NCBI GenBank assembly: GCA_977862235.1
Contig: OZ374564.1
Coordinates: 2,232,001 to 2,296,000, forward strand
Reading direction: 5' to 3'
Source: Dudresnaya verticillata
Lineage: Eukaryota
DNA: 64,000 nt
This document shows positions 59,340 to 64,000 of the stretch, piece by piece. The position numbers and the translations under genes are program-made. Each line of letters opens with the position of its first letter. Position 1 is the stretch's first letter. A model generated the notes under the pieces. It saw only the letters and a list, made by a program, of their open reading frames with translations, had not been told where the DNA came from and made no database searches.

Positions 59340-61746
59340 ATGTCTCACGCTCCGAGTCGTCCCGATTCGCCGGTGCCGAAACCCGATGACGTACCGATTC
59401 CGGAGCTCCCGTTGTTCGACTCGAACGCGAGGGACAGAGAACCGTTTTCTCGCACTCGCGCTTCACGAATAACGGTACCCGATCTTCGCACAGACTCGCG
59501 TTCGCAGGCTTACGGTAGCCAGTCCGACCTTTCGTATACGTACACTCCGTTGGAAATCGTTCCCTCGGATACCGTCGATCGACTCTTCTCGATGAAGCAA
59601 GTCTCCGGTTCAGAACTACGTTTACTCTACGAAGACGCCATCGATGGGCTTTCTACCGCGTACCGTATCACGCAGCTTTCAATTCGTAATACGCACAATC
59701 GAGTTCACGAAGAGTTCAACAATCTCCGCGCTGGCAAGGTCCGTAGGATCGAAGACTCACTCGAGAGTCTCCGGGATCTCGTCTCGGGAGTCAGCAATCG
59801 GTTTCTCGTGCTCGAGCGCAACGTATCCGCCCCCGTGGGCAAGGCGAGTCACTCGCTTCCCGTTCGCAGCTCGCACGCATTCTCCGAGGAACAGTTGAAC
59901 GCTATTCGTGAAATCGTGTCCGCAGCGTTACCGAAGTCTCGAAGTCGCGAAGATCATTCCGAAGCCCGTCCTGACCCCCGCAATTCGCCGCTAGTTAAAC
60001 CCGTGCAAGGCCTGGGTGCCCAATCTAAGTTACCGAAAAACACGTATCCGAATCCGTCCCCGCACCCTTTATCGTATCAGGCAACCGATGCCTCCGACAA
60101 CCCCCGTATCAACCCCGCAGTATTCCGAGATTCGCTTCAACCACCGATGTCCCCCGGAGGACCCGTAATCGAAGATCCGTTAGCGCTCGCGGGACCCGTG
60201 TCATCGTTCTGGCACTGGGGACCGCTCGAGCCGGGCGTCGAACCGATGCCGACGCTCATTCCCGAATTCGCGCGGGCCGTAAACTATCGATCGTATCGAC
60301 TCATGAATTCATCACCTCGGGATAATCAACACGAAGTATTCCGAGGTAACACGTCGAAAACCGTTTCACGCATGCGTTCGATGATGCCGAGACTCGAGAA
60401 GTTTACGGGATGCGACCCGATTAAGGTTCTCGCATTTCTTCGTGATATCCGACAAGCGCTGAATGGAGTCGGGCTCACCGAAGGAGCAGCGGTTCGTACG
60501 ATTTCGTGGTTTCTCGATGAGACCGCGCTCAAGGTGTATCAACACTATGCCTTCGGAGGCGTTCGTACGGGCAACCCGGTTTGCTGGTCCGCGATCGTGA
60601 ACGTGTTACTACAACGATTTCTCACGGAAGACGTAATCGCAGACGCACACGATCGCGTGATAACCGCGAAGCAGAAGTCCGATGAAACCGAGATGGAGTT
60701 CGCGACTCGTTTGCAAGGCTACGCGGATGTCTGCTCCGGTGTCTACGATGACTCTTCGTTAACGCACCAGTTTATTCATGGATTACTACCTACTACGTAT
60801 CCTATCGTGGCCGACCAGGTACGACGCCTACCGCTGTCCGAGAAAAAGAATTTTATGAGCGTGCAACGAATCGCGCAAGCCGAAGGCACGACATTCCGAG
60901 CTCGCTAACTACGTGACACCGCGGCCCAACAGTCGCGTGATTCGAAGAACCGAGTGTCTCCTACGTACCCGAAGAGTCGCCAAGCGCCCGGACGCACGAT
61001 GCTTATCGAAGCTTGCGACACTCCCGGGAGTGAATTCGAGTACCCGATGAACGAAGATCCGTAAATGGCAGTGATGATGATTCGTCCACTCCGTGGACGA
61101 TACGTTAGATTTCACGAGTCGCATCGAGCGTTTCGTACCGGCGCGTGTCCCCCCGATGACCCCGGAGCAAATCGAGATGGCGCGTTCGATGATACCGAAG
61201 AATCAGGATGCGTGGCCGTGTTGGTTCTGTCGCGAAATCGGTCACCTCATGTATTCGTGTCCGTATCTCATGAAGGAGCAACAACTCTACTGCGCGTACC
61301 AGAACTACTTGTACCAACTCGAAACGAGACCGTATACGCGTAATAACTTCGTGAATCGCGGCGCATCAAGAGGGAATTCGTTCGCGTCCGTTGACAATCG
61401 AGGTCACCGTGGACAAGACTCCCGAGGATCACGTGACAATCGTGTAAACCGAGATTTTCGTCAAGGAGATACGCGCTACCCGAGGGACCGAGCCCAGCGT
61501 CAAGTCAGCTTTGAGCGTCGAGGACCACCGACCGTCCTCCGCAATCCGAGACAAGCGCAGGCCCCGGGCCGTCAACCGGTTCTCACAGTCCGTGAAAACG
61601 TTGATGCGATTGAGCCGAGTCACCCGAACCTGCACTCGGAGGCTTACGAAGACTCCGCGAACAACGGAAGAGGTGATCGATCAACCTCCCCATTGGACGC
61701 GGACGCTCGCAATTCGGACTCCAGTTCGAGTTCGGAAAACGAGTAA
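59340..61746 (+). pseudogene. gag: gag of element D, disrupted
   Basis: Capsid-like region, stop at 60906, CCHC knuckle CWFCREIGHLMYSC in the downstream ORF. Confidence 0.85.
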
Positions 61747-61763
61747 AGGCGAAGACGCCCGTT

Positions 61764-64000
61764 GTGTCACGTACTTCGTCTAAATCCGTTCCCCGAGACA
61801 CTCCGTGTATTCCGATTCCGAGAGCCGCTGCGATGCGAAGGAAGCGCGCTGTACGACGAAGAGACCGAAAGCGATGTCGAGTCCTCGCGAAAGACGCTTC
61901 GTGCGAAAACAATTCGAAGAAGATACCGATCTCGAAGATCGAACCCGAAGTTACCACCGAGGGATACGTTTGCTTGATGACCTCGGAGATCTTTCTCGTG
62001 ACCGGATCCATTGGCCGCGATGCCTCCGTAATGACACCGCATACGATTGCAGTCAATACGTGTTCCGGTTACAACCTAATAGCCCGGGCTGCGTTACCCA
62101 CCGGTTGGGAAGCGAACGCGTCCACGATGGAATCAGCTCCGAGGCTCGCGTCCGCTGATCGCACCCCGTTGCGACTCGATGGTATCGTTTACCTGACAGT
62201 CCGCCTTGGGAACGTTCGATACCGCGTACCCTTCGTGGTTGCGGAGAAACTCGTAGTCGACGTTCTCCTTGGAACTTCGTGGATGGACGCGCATTTACGA
62301 AGCATCGAGCTCAGCCCACGGAGGCTCATCATGAAGAGTGGAAGCACGATTCCGATTATCAACCGCATTACTGGATCGGCTCCGCCCGCTACTAATTCGA
62401 AAAATCCGAAGCAGAAATTCGAGAAAACGCTATCGAAGCGACACCAACGTGAGCTCCACGATTGGGACCGAAATACCCGTACCATTCGTTTGAACCGCCG
62501 CCACCATACCGAGTTATTCTCAGAAGCTAGTCACCGTAACCTCGGAAGCACTCGGACTAATTCATATCGAACCGAAGCCTTCGTTACAACACCGACACGG
62601 AGTACGGTTAACGAACGGGATACACGAAGTCAGTCCGAATCGCGAGTTTTCGGCGTTGATGGCGAACTTCACGGATAAGCCTCGAGCTCTACCGAAGGGA
62701 ACTGTCATCGGATACGCAGCTCGAAACCCGCTCGCGATTTTGACACCCGATCGCGAAGTCGCGGATTCGTTTGCCAAGGTGCTCAACATCTCTACGCTAC
62801 GTGAGCACGACGACTCGAAGTCACCCGAAGAATCCGTATCCACGAAGGAAAAGCCGCTCACGAAGGGCGCCGCGACTGCAGCAGCAGAAGCCAATTCGAG
62901 TTCCCACGATTGGGAAGAACGCGTAGACCTTTCGAACATACCCGATGAAACTATGCGAAACGAGGTCCTCGAGATGCTACGTAAGCACGAATCGATGTGG
63001 AACGGAGACCTCGGAACGATCGCAGCCACGGAGCATCGGATCGATCTACAACCCGGGACTCGACCTATTCGTTCGATTCCCTATCGTCAAGGGCCCGCAA
63101 TACGTGAACTCGTCCGTAACGAAATCGACAGTATGCTCGAAGCCGGAGTAATCAAACCAGCCACCTCGGAGTGGGCGTCCCCCGTAGTCCTCGCACCGAA
63201 GAAAGACGGAACACTTCGTTTTTGCGTAGATTACCGAAGACTCAATACGAAGACACTATCCGACGCGTACCCACTTCCCCGGATGGAAGATTGTATCGAT
63301 TCACTCGGAGACGCTTCGATTTTCTCGACACTCGATTGTAACAGCGGGTACTGGCAGATTCTGGTTGCCCCGGAAGGCCGCGATAAGACTACGTTTACTT
63401 CGTTTCTCGGAACTTATCGTTATCTTCGTATGCCCTTCGGATTGAAAAACGCGCCCGCTGCGTTTCAACGCGCACTCGACATCATTCTATCCGGAGTCCG
63501 TTGGCCGTGCTGTCTCGTTTACCTCGATGACGTGATCGTTTTCTCCGCGAATCTTCGTGAACACATCGCGCATCTCGATCAAGTTCTCGCGCTACTTTGT
63601 AACTCCGGAGTTTCGCTCAAGATGAAGAAGTGCTTCCTTTTCCGAAAGCGAGTCGACTATCTCGGACACGTAACTTCCCCGGGGAAGCTGAGTATGGCCG
63701 AGAAGAGCTCCGAAGCATTCCGATACGTGGAGTTCCCGAAGACACTCACGCAAGTCCGTTCGTTCCTCGGCGCGTGTAACGTATACCGAAGATTCGTGAA
63801 AGACTTCGCCAAAATTGCGCGACCATTGACGAACATGACGCGAAAGGACGCGGATCCCGACTACGAGAATCCCACGGAGGATCAGGTTACCGCATTCGAA
63901 ACGCTCAAATGGAAGCTCGTGTCACCGCCGATACTCCGGTTACCGCAACTCGGGAAACGTTACATTATCGATACGGACGCGTCTGCGTATCAACTCGGAT
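61764..64000 (+). pseudogene. pol: pol of element D (protease, RT, start of RNase H), frameshifted, 3' partial
   Basis: Degenerate protease site AVNTCSG, then FCVDYRRLN, LDCNSGYWQ, YLDD, DTDAS. Confidence 0.9.

Larger units (their letters stand above)
58425..64000 (+). mobile_element. Ty3/Gypsy element D, same family as A, 5' part
   Basis: 5' LTR 58425-59268, PBS TGGTCTCCCGACCTAGAA 59270-59287, gag then PR-RT. Confidence 0.93.

Overview
Eukaryotic, transposon-dense window. A florideophyte red alga is the best inference, from the GalEa-type Copia and the compact, intron-poor genes. Host genes are a segmentally duplicated cassette of an avidin-family gene plus a ~612-614 aa secreted protein of unknown function (2 avidin copies, one disrupted; 3 secreted-protein copies) and a two-intron GT61-like glycosyltransferase. 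The rest is five Ty3/Gypsy LTR elements (A 1-3378, E 16240-22049, B 35550-57127, C 36515-47568 nested in B, D 58425-end; chromodomains seen in all but D, whose integrase is outside the window), a Copia remnant that hosts B/C and D, a solo LTR and a TA-flanked MITE. The most striking system is in B and C. Each carries a large antisense accessory ORF starting beside the polypurine tract, with a shared Trp-rich domain I cannot assign. The same elements are saturated with an everted palindrome, CCG(W)3CGG (24 copies of CCGTWACGG counted by eye in C). This suggests an element-encoded protein plus a self-recognition motif, possibly anti-silencing. Other notable signals: a telomere-like (TTTAGGGG)n insertion flanked by a 57-bp duplication, several templated fold-back repair scars, internal PPT copies and a shared tRNA-Tyr-like PBS. 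All counts and alignments were done by eye.
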